Below, piece by piece: positions 17,923-26,850 of a DNA stretch of 64,000 bases. Below the pieces are notes generated by a model, which did no database searches, was not told the origin of the DNA, and saw nothing but the letters and a program-made list of their open reading frames with translations. Positions within the stretch are counted from its first letter, which is position 1; each line of letters opens with the position of its first letter. The translations under genes and the position numbers were made by a program. Source of the DNA: an uncultured Candidatus Saccharibacteria bacterium (lineage in GTDB: Bacteria; Patescibacteriota; Doudnabacteria; UBA920); the NCBI GenBank assembly GCA_964536745.1, contig CAZHYL010000002.1, positions 68,969 to 132,968 on the forward strand, given 5' to 3'.

Positions 17923-18810
17923 TTATTGGGCTTCTAACCTCCGCAGAGTCTCGTCGCACCAGCCTAAAAATAGACTGCGAATATCCACGCCTTGCGCCAA
18001 GAGCATTTTTGGAATTAGTGAGGTTTTTGTTAATCCTGGAATGGTGTTGATTTCTAAAAAATACACCTTTCCATTTTTTGAAACCATAAAATCAGACCGC
18101 GTAAGATGTTTGGCACCAATAGAATTGTGAATCAATAGTGCTGATTCTTTGAGTGTTTTTTCTAATTCGGGATGTATATTGGCTGGGCAAATTTCTTCTG
18201 CTAGATACTCGGAATCATATTTACTTTGGTAGTCAAAAACACCGTTGTGAGAAATAATTTCTACTACAGGAAGTGATTGCGCAACACTATGATGCTGTAT
18301 TACTCCCACAGTAAACTCTCTCCCAAAAACAGGCTCTTCTAGTAAAAAATCTTCTGAGGGATTATTCTGCATTAATTTTTGAAGTTCTAATGTACTGGTA
18401 CATAGCTGAGAGGCAATTGAGGACCCTCCAAAATTTGGTTTTGCAAAAAGAGGGAAAGTGGGCGATGGTCCGGCAATTTCTGTGGCGATGTTTATTCCCA
18501 AGTCTTTTGCGACCTGTTTCGTAAATCTTTTGTCTAGAGCAGACTTATGTGTTCTAGGATTAGAGAAAAGGTACGGTAAGTTTACGCTCTCTAAGTACTC
18601 TTGGATCGCTCCATCTTCGCCGCCAACGCCATGAATTATTGGGATTGCAATGTGAAATTCCGCTATTCTATCCTGAAAGCTAGCTTGATCCTCTGGAAAT
18701 ACAAAAACCACAGAATCATCTAGGTTCAGGACTGTTTGCAAATTTTTTGCAGAATTAATAGAGACATCTCGCTCACCAGAAACTCCGCCGGTTATAATCG
18801 CAATTCTCAT
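17923..18810 (-). CDS. ddl: D-alanine--D-alanine ligase (ATP-grasp)
   Basis: 295 aa. N-terminus MRIAIITGGVSGERDVSINSA, then ...HGVGGEDGAIQEYLE..., matching the Ddl N-terminal and central domains. Confidence 0.8.
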   Translation of the reverse strand: MRIAIITGGVSGERDVSINSAKNLQTVLNLDDSVVFVFPEDQASFQDRIAEFHIAIPIIHGVGGEDGAIQEYLESVNLPYLFSNPRTHKSALDKRFTKQVAKDLGINIATEIAGPSPTFPLFAKPNFGGSSIASQLCTSTLELQKLMQNNPSEDFLLEEPVFGREFTVGVIQHHSVAQSLPVVEIISHNGVFDYQSKYDSEYLAEEICPANIHPELEKTLKESALLIHNSIGAKHLTRSDFMVSKNGKVYFLEINTIPGLTKTSLIPKMLLAQGVDIRSLFLGWCDETLRRLEAQ

Positions 18811-18895
18811 ACAATTATTTTAACGAATAACAGTTAAGAATGTAACAACCTTTACCGCTATATCTATATTACCCAGAGGTAGGTATACTAAGGGT

Positions 18896-19291
18896 ATGAG
18901 CGCACACGAAAAAGAAGCAATATTCACTGAATTAAGGGAATATCACCTAAAAAACTTTCCAGAAACCACTAGTTCGGAAAGTTATTCTGACGTCTACAAA
19001 CAGTTTCTTTTAGCAGAGGAAACAATTATAAATATGGTTCTTCAATTAGTAAACGGGAAGTCAGAGTATGTTGACCATAACCCAAAGCTCCAACAATTAA
19101 TGGAAATTGTAAAAAAACAAAGTTTAGCAGACCCGAATTTTACAACAGTAAGTGATATTTTTATAGAGAAGTGTTCACACCTGGGAAAAATTCTTAGTCT
19201 TGCGTCAGTAGGGGATTTTCCTCTTCGCAAGCAAAAGGTGCCTAGGATTTCGTTGGCTACCAAACCTATCATCACTAAGAAAAATAAGTAA
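18896..19291 (+). CDS. Hypothetical protein
   Basis: 131 aa ORF with no recognisable domain. Confidence 0.45.
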   Translation: MSAHEKEAIFTELREYHLKNFPETTSSESYSDVYKQFLLAEETIINMVLQLVNGKSEYVDHNPKLQQLMEIVKKQSLADPNFTTVSDIFIEKCSHLGKILSLASVGDFPLRKQKVPRISLATKPIITKKNK

Positions 19292-19325
19292 ACCCTCCAA
19301 GCGAGGGTTTTGTTATAATATACTC

Positions 19326-19823
19326 ATGTTAACTTGGAAAAATATCATTACCGTTTCTGTATTTGTTTATTGCCTATACTACCTTAGCAGTTTAGACTCG
19401 TGGCACTTTATTGATTACGTTAATTTAGCTATCCATGAAGCAGGACATGTTATATTCATACCTTTCGGATATTTTCTTACAGTTAGCGGGGGTACAATAT
19501 TACAATTACTTATCCCAGTTGTGTTTATTTGCTATTTTGCTTTTCGCAAAGAAAACTATTCAGCGAGTTTACTTGTTTATTGGTTGGCCTTAAATTTATT
19601 TAACATATCCGTCTATGCCAGCGATGCTTTAAAAATGCAACTTCCATTATTAACTGGCGATAAAGACGGTCATGATTGGAATCAAATCTTGTTTACACTA
19701 AATCTGTTACGTCACACACAGTTTATCGGTAAGGCAATTTTGGGACTGGGAGTGGCATCAATTATTATTGCCTTAATTTGGGGTCTATATGAATCTAGAA
19801 GAACTATACAACAGCGCAGTTAA
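19326..19823 (+). CDS. Polytopic membrane protein with an HExxH motif (putative zinc metallopeptidase)
   Basis: 165 aa. AIHEAGHVIF lies at the edge of a TM segment, with GDKDGHDW downstream. Confidence 0.45.
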   Translation: MLTWKNIITVSVFVYCLYYLSSLDSWHFIDYVNLAIHEAGHVIFIPFGYFLTVSGGTILQLLIPVVFICYFAFRKENYSASLLVYWLALNLFNISVYASDALKMQLPLLTGDKDGHDWNQILFTLNLLRHTQFIGKAILGLGVASIIIALIWGLYESRRTIQQRS

Positions 19824-20322
19824 TCATCAAACCAGTCATAATTGTAGTGCGCATCCTTATGAGAGCTATCAAAGGCTGTTTGAGCTAGTTCAAGAACATA
19901 AACCAAAAAATATTCTGGAAATTGGATCAGGAAATGGATTTTCTGCGATGGTTATGTCTCTGGCTAATCCTGATAGTTCTATTTTAAGTCTCGAAAAAGA
20001 TTTAGAGCATTTTAATGTAGCTCAAGAGACTGTAAAATCTCATAACCTGTATAAGAATATAAAGTTTGTCCATGCGATCGCAGAGGAATATTTACCTACC
20101 CTTAATCAGACATTTGATTTAATTTTCTTTGACGGATTCCAAATCCATTACGAATTTCTCCCACACTATTTAAGATTGTTAAAAACTGGTGGTATTCTAG
20201 TGTTAGGCAATAATCACTTGGGAAGCAGAACAAGCGAACAATTCTTTAGCGAACTCGAAAACGGTGGGCATTGGGAAATTCTAGATAAATTTGCTGAAAC
20301 AACAGTCGCAGAGCGTAAATAA
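19789..20322 (+). CDS. SAM-dependent O-methyltransferase-like protein
   Basis: 177 aa with motif I ILEIGSGNGFSA. Overlaps the previous ORF by 35 bp, so the start is uncertain. Confidence 0.6.
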   Translation: MNLEELYNSAVNHQTSHNCSAHPYESYQRLFELVQEHKPKNILEIGSGNGFSAMVMSLANPDSSILSLEKDLEHFNVAQETVKSHNLYKNIKFVHAIAEEYLPTLNQTFDLIFFDGFQIHYEFLPHYLRLLKTGGILVLGNNHLGSRTSEQFFSELENGGHWEILDKFAETTVAERK

Positions 20323-20340
20323 TTAAGATATAATTTTACT

Positions 20341-21141
20341 ATGAAAGTCACGATTTTAGGTTCAGGAACATGCGCCTCAAATTTACCAGGGATTGAAAAC
20401 CGCTTTCCACCGGGGTTTTTTGTTGAGTGGAATGGTGGGTCCATATTATTAGATTGTAGTGAAGGTATCCGGTTCAGGTTAGAAAAGATGGGAATAGATT
20501 ATAATCAAATTCATAATATTGCCATTACTCATTCGCATCCAGATCATTTTGCTTTGGTCCATTATCTTCAGTCGGTATTCTGTAAAAGTATGGTTGGACC
20601 AGATAAGAATAATGAAGTTCATATCTACGCCCCAAAACACATCGTAAAAAACTTTCCATTGCTTTGGTCTTTATACACTCAAGAGCGAGGTGAAGAATTT
20701 TTCGATTATCCTACATTGAAATTCCATAACATGCCGGACGAAACTGCTGTTGTTGGAAATGCAAAGCTTTCTGCTGTAAGTGTTTACCACGGATTTGGGA
20801 AAGTTGATGCAGTTGCATATAAGTTAGAGACTCCGGAAGGGACTGTTGTGTACTCTGGAGACTGCGGGGATAGTCCGGAAATCAGACAGATTGCAAAGAA
20901 TGCAGATTTATTTTTATGCGATACATCTGCAAGAATCGGCGATGCTAATAATGCTACGGGATATGGGCACTTAAATCCCAAGCAAGTTGGTGAAATTAGT
21001 ATGGAAGCAGAAGTAAAACGAGTGGCCCTCACTCATTACTTTGGAGTAGATTCTGACGATGCAATGCTGGCAGACTGTAAATCCTCTGGTTATTCTGGAG
21101 ATGTAATGGTAGCCAAAGATTTTCAAGTAATAGAAATTTAA
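20341..21141 (+). CDS. MBL-fold metallo-hydrolase (RNase Z / beta-lactamase superfamily)
   Basis: 266 aa with the HSHPDH metal-binding motif. Confidence 0.75.
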   Translation: MKVTILGSGTCASNLPGIENRFPPGFFVEWNGGSILLDCSEGIRFRLEKMGIDYNQIHNIAITHSHPDHFALVHYLQSVFCKSMVGPDKNNEVHIYAPKHIVKNFPLLWSLYTQERGEEFFDYPTLKFHNMPDETAVVGNAKLSAVSVYHGFGKVDAVAYKLETPEGTVVYSGDCGDSPEIRQIAKNADLFLCDTSARIGDANNATGYGHLNPKQVGEISMEAEVKRVALTHYFGVDSDDAMLADCKSSGYSGDVMVAKDFQVIEI

Positions 21142-21145
21142 ATAT

Positions 21146-21517
21146 ATGTCCGACAAACAAGTTGAAGAAATTGTTAAAGAGTATGCCGATTTAGCTAAAG
21201 ATAAGAATATTGATGTTTCGGCTCTCATGATGAATGCTCTTGCCCAGCAAGATCAAAATAGGCTAAATCCAAAACACAGACGATGGGCTTATTTAGTATC
21301 ATTATTGTTTCCACCTGTCGGATTTCTGTTGGCGGTATATTTTTATTTTAAATCAGAAACTGATGCAAAAGTTACAGCTTATTGGTGCGTTGGTTTAACA
21401 ACCTTTTCAATCGTGTTATCAATTTTGTTTTTTTACGTAATATTAAGTAGCAGTGGAGTTTCGGTAGAGCAAATTCGTCAGATTGACCCAAACGAAGTGT
21501 ATCAGCTAACTCAATAG
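21146..21517 (+). CDS. Hypothetical membrane protein
   Basis: 123 aa with two C-terminal TM segments. Confidence 0.45.
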   Translation: MSDKQVEEIVKEYADLAKDKNIDVSALMMNALAQQDQNRLNPKHRRWAYLVSLLFPPVGFLLAVYFYFKSETDAKVTAYWCVGLTTFSIVLSILFFYVILSSSGVSVEQIRQIDPNEVYQLTQ

Positions 21518-21569
21518 TTGGTATAAAACCAAACTCGTGATAATATTTACAAGAAATTAATACAAATTT

Positions 21570-22058
21570 ATGCTTACAAAACAAGAATTTATGGAGACTT
21601 TCAAATGGGAATTAGATACTCTATTAAGAGTTATCAAGGCAATTCCAGCGGATAATTACGATTACAGACCCCACGAAAAATCCAAAAGTGCTAAGGAGTT
21701 AGCAAATTCCTTGATTGCAGAAGTTTATATGACCACTGCTTTTTTAAAGGGTGAGTCTATTACTCAAGACAACGCAGGGGCATTCTTTTCAAAATCCCCG
21801 CAATCTGTGGAAGAAACGGCAAAAGATTTAGCCGAGGCTAACGCCAAATTTATAGCAGAGTTATCTCAAGTTTCAGAAGAAAATTTAAAAAATAAAGTTA
21901 CCTTTTTTCACCGCGAAACTACTATTGACGATGCAATTTTTAACATGATGCTGGATATCATCCATCACCGTGGCCAATTATCTGTTTACATTCGCTTAGC
22001 CGGCGGTTCTGTACCTAGTATTTACGGTCCATCCGCAGACGAGGAGTTTGCTGGATAA
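21570..22058 (+). CDS. DinB/YfiT-family (DinB_2) protein
   Basis: 162 aa with the C-terminal IIHHRGQLSVY motif typical of the DinB four-helix-bundle family. Confidence 0.6.
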   Translation: MLTKQEFMETFKWELDTLLRVIKAIPADNYDYRPHEKSKSAKELANSLIAEVYMTTAFLKGESITQDNAGAFFSKSPQSVEETAKDLAEANAKFIAELSQVSEENLKNKVTFFHRETTIDDAIFNMMLDIIHHRGQLSVYIRLAGGSVPSIYGPSADEEFAG

Positions 22059-22750
22059 TGCCGTTACCTAACCATTTAGCAATCATTCCTGATGGTAATC
22101 GAAGATGGGCAAAGGCTCGTCTTTTATTACCATGGCAAGGCCATGCAGAAGGAGCGAAACGCTTTTGGGAATTATCGGAATATCTAGCAACGACTTCAGT
22201 TTCTTTTGGGACCTTCTGGGCTGGCTCATATAGCAACCTATCTAATAGATCTGAAGAGGAAGTTAAATTCTTATTCCAGATTTTGGAGCAAGAACTTTCC
22301 GATAAAAAAGTCATAGATAGTTTAGAGAGAACCGAGACCAGATTTAGATTTATAGGTGAGTGGGCAAGTTTTAACAAGAGCACCAGTCTACCAGATACAA
22401 TTTCAGAATTAGAAAAGAAAACAGAAGGTTATTCAAAACACAACCTAACTATCTTGTTCGGATATGATGGTCAGCGAGAAATGCTATCAGCCGTAAATGA
22501 GCTACAAAAGAGTGGTGAAGAAGTAACCAAAGAAAACTTACGCAAGCATCTTTGGACAGCTGTACTGCCAGACGTCGATTTAGTTATTCGCACTGGCGGC
22601 GAACCGCATTGGTCTGCTGGATTTTTAATGTGGCAAACTGCTAATAGCCAGTTTTATTTCACTGAAGCATTATGGCCGGACTTTAAAGTTCCGCAATTAA
22701 AAACAGCGCTCGAGGATTTCGAGCGCCGTGAGCGCAGGCTAGGTAGGTAG
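22058..22750 (+). CDS. uppS: Undecaprenyl (isoprenyl) diphosphate synthase
   Basis: 230 aa: HLAIIPDGNRRWAK ... RTGGE ... C-terminal RERRLG. Confidence 0.9.
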   Translation: MPLPNHLAIIPDGNRRWAKARLLLPWQGHAEGAKRFWELSEYLATTSVSFGTFWAGSYSNLSNRSEEEVKFLFQILEQELSDKKVIDSLERTETRFRFIGEWASFNKSTSLPDTISELEKKTEGYSKHNLTILFGYDGQREMLSAVNELQKSGEEVTKENLRKHLWTAVLPDVDLVIRTGGEPHWSAGFLMWQTANSQFYFTEALWPDFKVPQLKTALEDFERRERRLGR

Positions 22751-22755
22751 CCGTT

Positions 22756-22983
22756 CTATTCGGTATTTGCTGGTGCTCTTTTGGAAAGCTCTATGCTTAC
22801 CTTTTTTGCCATCGATATCCTGATGGGCGATATACTGGTAAGAATAAATTCTTTATCCGATGCAGATTCTATCCCATCTGCCATCTCCCTAAGTTTCTTT
22901 GCCAACTGATTAACCCTGATGTTAGGCCCAGTCGGCCCACAGATAACATCAAACCCGAATTCCAATATTTGAGTACCCTGCAT
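22756..22983 (-). CDS. Island gene A: small protein of unknown function (about 75 aa; the track ORF extends to 22998)
   Basis: GGGAGGG RBS 6 nt before the ATG of MQGTQILEFGFDVICGPTGPNIRVNQ.... Last gene of a five-gene minus-strand operon and convergent with uppS, with only a 5-bp gap. Confidence 0.55.
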   Translation of the reverse strand: MQGTQILEFGFDVICGPTGPNIRVNQLAKKLREMADGIESASDKEFILTSISPIRISMAKKVSIELSKRAPANTE

Positions 22984-23001
22984 GACCATCCCTCCCATTT
23001 G

Positions 23002-23280
23002 TTACGGCTTTTTTCCGCAAACTTTTATGTACGTTGCAATTTGAAGTGCGTCCATACTATTAGACTTTCCGTCATTTTTAGTCACACATTCACTGACCGC
23101 AAATCTAATCTGTTCCCACTGCTTTGCACTTACTAGAATTTCTACATCGTTGAGTGCTTCCCTGATGGCAAGATACTGTGTAGCCATTTCTTTGGCCCGA
23201 TTGCTTATTTGAGCTGTTGATCTAACACCCAGAAGTGTTTTCCGCTCAATGAATAACGCATCATCAACATTTCTAAACAT
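23002..23280 (-). CDS. Island gene B: small helical protein of unknown function (92 aa)
   Basis: AGGAGGG RBS immediately upstream. No recognisable domain. Confidence 0.55.
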   Translation of the reverse strand: MFRNVDDALFIERKTLLGVRSTAQISNRAKEMATQYLAIREALNDVEILVSAKQWEQIRFAVSECVTKNDGKSNSMDALQIATYIKVCGKKP

Positions 23281-23291
23281 TTCTTACCCTC

Positions 23292-23588
23292 CTATAAACC
23301 CCTATATCCACCGATCCTTTCTTGAGGTTCACATGAATTCAGCCAAGCTGCTGCTGCGAAGAGATCGGCAAGTTGGAAGCCGTTTTTGTTCACAAATACA
23401 CATAGCTCGTTCAACTGTTTGTAGTGTCGGGCTCTAATAATTAAGTGTGGGTCATTGACCAACTCAGCAAGTCTAAACAGGAATTCCTCTCTTCGAGATC
23501 CTTCTCCTTTTGCCAAATTAACTAAATGCATTAAATTTGGGTTGTGAGGTGCCTCTTCAGATCCATTAAGAGCGCTTGATATACCCAT
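23292..23588 (-). CDS. Island gene C: small protein of unknown function (98 aa). Faint Nif11-like helical pattern (EEFLFRLAELVNDPHL...NELCVFVNKNGFQL).
   Basis: AGGGAGG RBS before the internal Met (MGISS...). The track ORF starts 16 codons earlier, without an RBS. Confidence 0.55.
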   Translation of the reverse strand: MGISSALNGSEEAPHNPNLMHLVNLAKGEGSRREEFLFRLAELVNDPHLIIRARHYKQLNELCVFVNKNGFQLADLFAAAAWLNSCEPQERIGGYRGL

Positions 23589-23642
23589 TAATTTGTCCTC
23601 CCTTTTTCGTTGTCTTGAAACTGAAAACAAAAACATCTAACT

Positions 23643-23882
23643 TTATACATCTAACGGAACAATATTGTAGGCCAGTACAGCTGTATATGTTGACACCGTG
23701 TATGGAGTCATACAAACAGACTTACGAATATGTCGTTCCGTTGGATGGTAAGATACAATACTTAAGCCACGATTTTCAGGTTTAAACTTTTCATTAGTTT
23801 TACAAATCCAATCGTTAACTTTTTTGTCTAGTCCTTCTCGTGAGTCAGACGACATTGTGATTACTCCTGAACTTTGATCCAT
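23643..23882 (-). CDS. Island gene D: small protein of unknown function (79 aa)
   Basis: GGGAGGG RBS upstream of MDQSSGV.... No recognisable domain. Confidence 0.55.
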   Translation of the reverse strand: MDQSSGVITMSSDSREGLDKKVNDWICKTNEKFKPENRGLSIVSYHPTERHIRKSVCMTPYTVSTYTAVLAYNIVPLDV

Positions 23883-23935
23883 TGGTGTGCCCTCCCGACT
23901 TATGTACCTATCGTTTCTGTTGAATAATAGAACTC

Positions 23936-24151
23936 TTAGTCCTTTATCTCAGACAGGTCTCTATACGGCTCGACCTGCTTCTCATCCTTTCTTACAGTGA
24001 CATCGATTTTGTAGCTAATTGTGTTTAGAAAATATCCAGCGGCCCTGACTGTTTCTAATTGCGAAACAAAGTCTTTGAATTCTTCCACAACTTTATCTAA
24101 ACTTGAGCTAGATTCAGATCTTAAGCTGAAAGTTTGTGATGTAGTTTTCAT
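23936..24151 (-). CDS. Island gene E: small protein of unknown function (71 aa; the track ORF over-extends to 24346)
   Basis: TTGGAGGATT RBS 4 nt before the ATG of MKTTSQTFSLRSESSSSLDKVVEEFKDFVSQLETVRAAGYFLNTISYKIDVTVRK.... First gene of the operon. Confidence 0.55.
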   Translation of the reverse strand: MKTTSQTFSLRSESSSSLDKVVEEFKDFVSQLETVRAAGYFLNTISYKIDVTVRKDEKQVEPYRDLSEIKD

Positions 24152-24643
24152 AATCCTCCAATGCAGTGTGATTTTCAAACAAAAACACATAACTAAAAAA
24201 GTTGTGTGTTTTTGTTTTGCTTCAAGCAGGTTCGTAAGCCGGATTTTGTGTCTACATGACAATCTATCTAGGCACCTTGTTGCCAAGCTGCTCGTGCTGC
24301 CCACCAAATTTGGCATTGCACTCAAGTAAGAATTTTGCCGTTTCACCCTTATAGTTTCCTATAAGGTTAATCCCGAAGGATTCCTTTGCATCTCTGCTTA
24401 GGCGTCACTGTTCGCATCTCTAGAGTTACCTCAGACGGGCGTTACCCGCTACTATTGTTAAAAGCTCATATGATACTTTCAACTTGAGTGTCCGGACTTT
24501 CCTCTTCAAACAAAGTAAGAAGTAGTCATGCGGCCTGCTTAAAGCTATTAAATAGTGCCACAGATTTGTGTTTTTGTCAATCAGAGAATCCATAATTTGA
24601 TGATATAATTAAGCTAAATTCACTAAATTAACACTATATTTTT

Positions 24644-25750
24644 GTGAAAATAGATAAATCTGATGTAGTTTTAGCGCATGATTCATTTACCCAGTATGGT
24701 GGAGCGGAAAGGGTAATAGAAGCGATCTCGGAAATATACCCAAATAGCGAAATATACACTCTAGCGACCGACCCAAAGGTTCTTAGGCATCTAGCTGGTA
24801 AAGTTTTTAAAACCAGTTTTTTAAACTTGTTTTATAAGATTATCCCTAAACTGCAGTGGTGGTTTCCATTCGCTCCTGCGGCTTTAAGATTTTTAAAAAT
24901 TAGAAATGCAAAAGTCGTGATTAGTAGTAGCTCTGCTTACATGAAAGGGCTCCGCAAGCCAGAGGGTAGTATTCATATAGATTATTGTCATACGCCAACT
25001 CGGTTTCTCTGGAGTGATATTGTCTATGCTGAAGGTGAAGTACCAAAAATCTTACGTCCGCTCATGAGAGCTTACTTATTATGGCTTCGCAAGTGGGACT
25101 TGAAAGCAGCAAGTAACGTTGATTATTTCATAGCTAACTCTAAAGAAGTTCAGAATAGAATCAAACGTTATTACAATCGCGAAAGTAAATTAATTTATCC
25201 TTATATTGATACAAACTTTTGGCGTAACTCTAAATCAAAACAAAATTATTATTTAGTCGCCGGCAGGCTTACTCCATACAAGGGTTACGAAAAAGTAATC
25301 GAAATATTTAACGAATTAGGTTTGCGTCTGCATGTCATTGGTGAAGGTAGATATTCAAGTTACTTGCAATCAATTGCTAACAGAAACATTATCTTTTTTG
25401 GTCGCGTTAGTGATAAAGAATTAAGAGATCAATACAGTTCTGCTCAGGCTTTTATATACCCTCAAGTTGAAGATTTTGGTCTTATGCCTCTTGAAGCGGC
25501 AAGTTGTGGTACCCCAACTATTGCCTTGGCCAAAGCTGGTAGTCTAGAAACTGTACTACCTGGTATCACGGGTGAATTAGTAGAAAACTTTGATTCAGAG
25601 ACAGTTAAAAACCTTATTCACAACTGGGATGTGACTAAATACAATCCAGAACGTATGAAACAACATGCTATGAGTTTTAGCAAAGATGTATTCCAAGAAA
25701 ATATTCGAAATTACGTAAACGAAGTTATCAACCATGCAAGTCGCAATTGA
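24644..25750 (+). CDS. Glycosyltransferase family 4 (GT-B, retaining)
   Basis: 368 aa with C-terminal EDFGLMPLEAASCGTPTIA, the GT4 E-x7-E region. Confidence 0.8.
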   Translation: MKIDKSDVVLAHDSFTQYGGAERVIEAISEIYPNSEIYTLATDPKVLRHLAGKVFKTSFLNLFYKIIPKLQWWFPFAPAALRFLKIRNAKVVISSSSAYMKGLRKPEGSIHIDYCHTPTRFLWSDIVYAEGEVPKILRPLMRAYLLWLRKWDLKAASNVDYFIANSKEVQNRIKRYYNRESKLIYPYIDTNFWRNSKSKQNYYLVAGRLTPYKGYEKVIEIFNELGLRLHVIGEGRYSSYLQSIANRNIIFFGRVSDKELRDQYSSAQAFIYPQVEDFGLMPLEAASCGTPTIALAKAGSLETVLPGITGELVENFDSETVKNLIHNWDVTKYNPERMKQHAMSFSKDVFQENIRNYVNEVINHASRN

Positions 25751-26849
25751 CCTACGTAGCTTACACGCTAAAAATTATAGTGGTGTAGAGCTATTCACAA
25801 TTCAGGCTATTGAAAGGCTGATTGAGCTGGATAAAGAGCGCCAGTATCTACTTTTTTATAATGGGGCTAAACCAAAGACTTTTGATGAGTTTCATTTTTT
25901 GAATGTCAAATACAAGCAAACGAGAATTCCTAATCGGTTATTAAATTTTGGGTTTAGATTCTTAAAATGGCCAAAGATCGAAAGCTTGGCAGATGAACCA
26001 AGAGTTTTATTAATGCCGAATCCGAATATGGTGGCAGTACGGAGCCTAACTAAGCTAGTTTTAGTTATTCATGACTTGTCTCCAGTGGTGATGCCTGAAA
26101 TGTATTCATTTAAGGCCCAAGTTTGGCATAAATTTATCAATGTGAAGAAGTTATGCCAGCGAGCGGATAAAATTTTAGCAGTGTCAGAGTATACCAAGCA
26201 GGCTTTAGTAAACGATCTAGGTATTGAAGAGGAAAAAATTCACACTGGACTATTAGGGGTAGATCATAATCGGTACCACAACGACATTGATATTAATAAA
26301 CTAAGGTCTGTTAGAAATGTGTATGGTCTACCGGGGAAATTTGTACTATTTGTCGGTACACTTGAACCAAGAAAAAATTTAGCAAGGCTCCTTGAGGCGT
26401 TTGAGAGTTTAGATTCAGATCATCATTTAGTAATTGCAGGTAAACTTGGCTGGCGATATTCAGAAGCAATGGACTTAATGAGGAATACAAAAAAACGAAA
26501 TTTTATTCACTACTTAGGATATGTTCCAGAGGAAGATAAACCAGCATTGATTAAATTAGCCAAGGTGTTTGCTTGGCCAAGTTTGTATGAAGGTTTTGGA
26601 CTGCCTGTTTTAGAAGCCATGGCAGTTGGCACCCCTGTTCTAACTTCAAATGTAACATCCCTTCCAGAAGTAGCTGGGGATTGCGCTTTGATGGTTAATC
26701 CTTACAACGTCGATGATATTAGAAAAGGGCTTCAGATGCTTACAACACAATCAAATTTGCGAGAGCGGTATATTAAAGCTGGATTGATCCGTAGTAAAAA
26801 ATTCACTTGGGACCATACAGCATCCGTGTTAAAAGAATTATTGGATTAA
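25734..26849 (+). CDS. Glycosyltransferase family 4
   Basis: 371 aa with [21 protein letters not shown]. Confidence 0.8.
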   Translation: MQVAIDLRSLHAKNYSGVELFTIQAIERLIELDKERQYLLFYNGAKPKTFDEFHFLNVKYKQTRIPNRLLNFGFRFLKWPKIESLADEPRVLLMPNPNMVAVRSLTKLVLVIHDLSPVVMPEMYSFKAQVWHKFINVKKLCQRADKILAVSEYTKQALVNDLGIEEEKIHTGLLGVDHNRYHNDIDINKLRSVRNVYGLPGKFVLFVGTLEPRKNLARLLEAFESLDSDHHLVIAGKLGWRYSEAMDLMRNTKKRNFIHYLGYVPEEDKPALIKLAKVFAWPSLYEGFGLPVLEAMAVGTPVLTSNVTSLPEVAGDCALMVNPYNVDDIRKGLQMLTTQSNLRERYIKAGLIRSKKFTWDHTASVLKELLD

Positions 26850-26850
26850 T

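Noticed and set aside
22756-24151. Gas-vesicle, microcompartment-shell, WXG100 or toxin-antitoxin identity for the five island proteins. Nif11-type RiPP precursor for gene C.
   Set aside because: None of the diagnostic motifs are present. Missing are the GvpA LAEVLDRILDKG core, the BMC fold signature, a central WxG and the paired TA size pattern. Gene C has a GG, but only four residues follow it and no peptidase or transporter genes are nearby.
23249-24329. Plus-strand track ORFs inside the island (23249-23437, 23576-23785, 24021-24329)
   Set aside because: They are antisense to minus-strand ORFs that each have a well-placed GGAGG RBS. The plus-strand ORFs have none.
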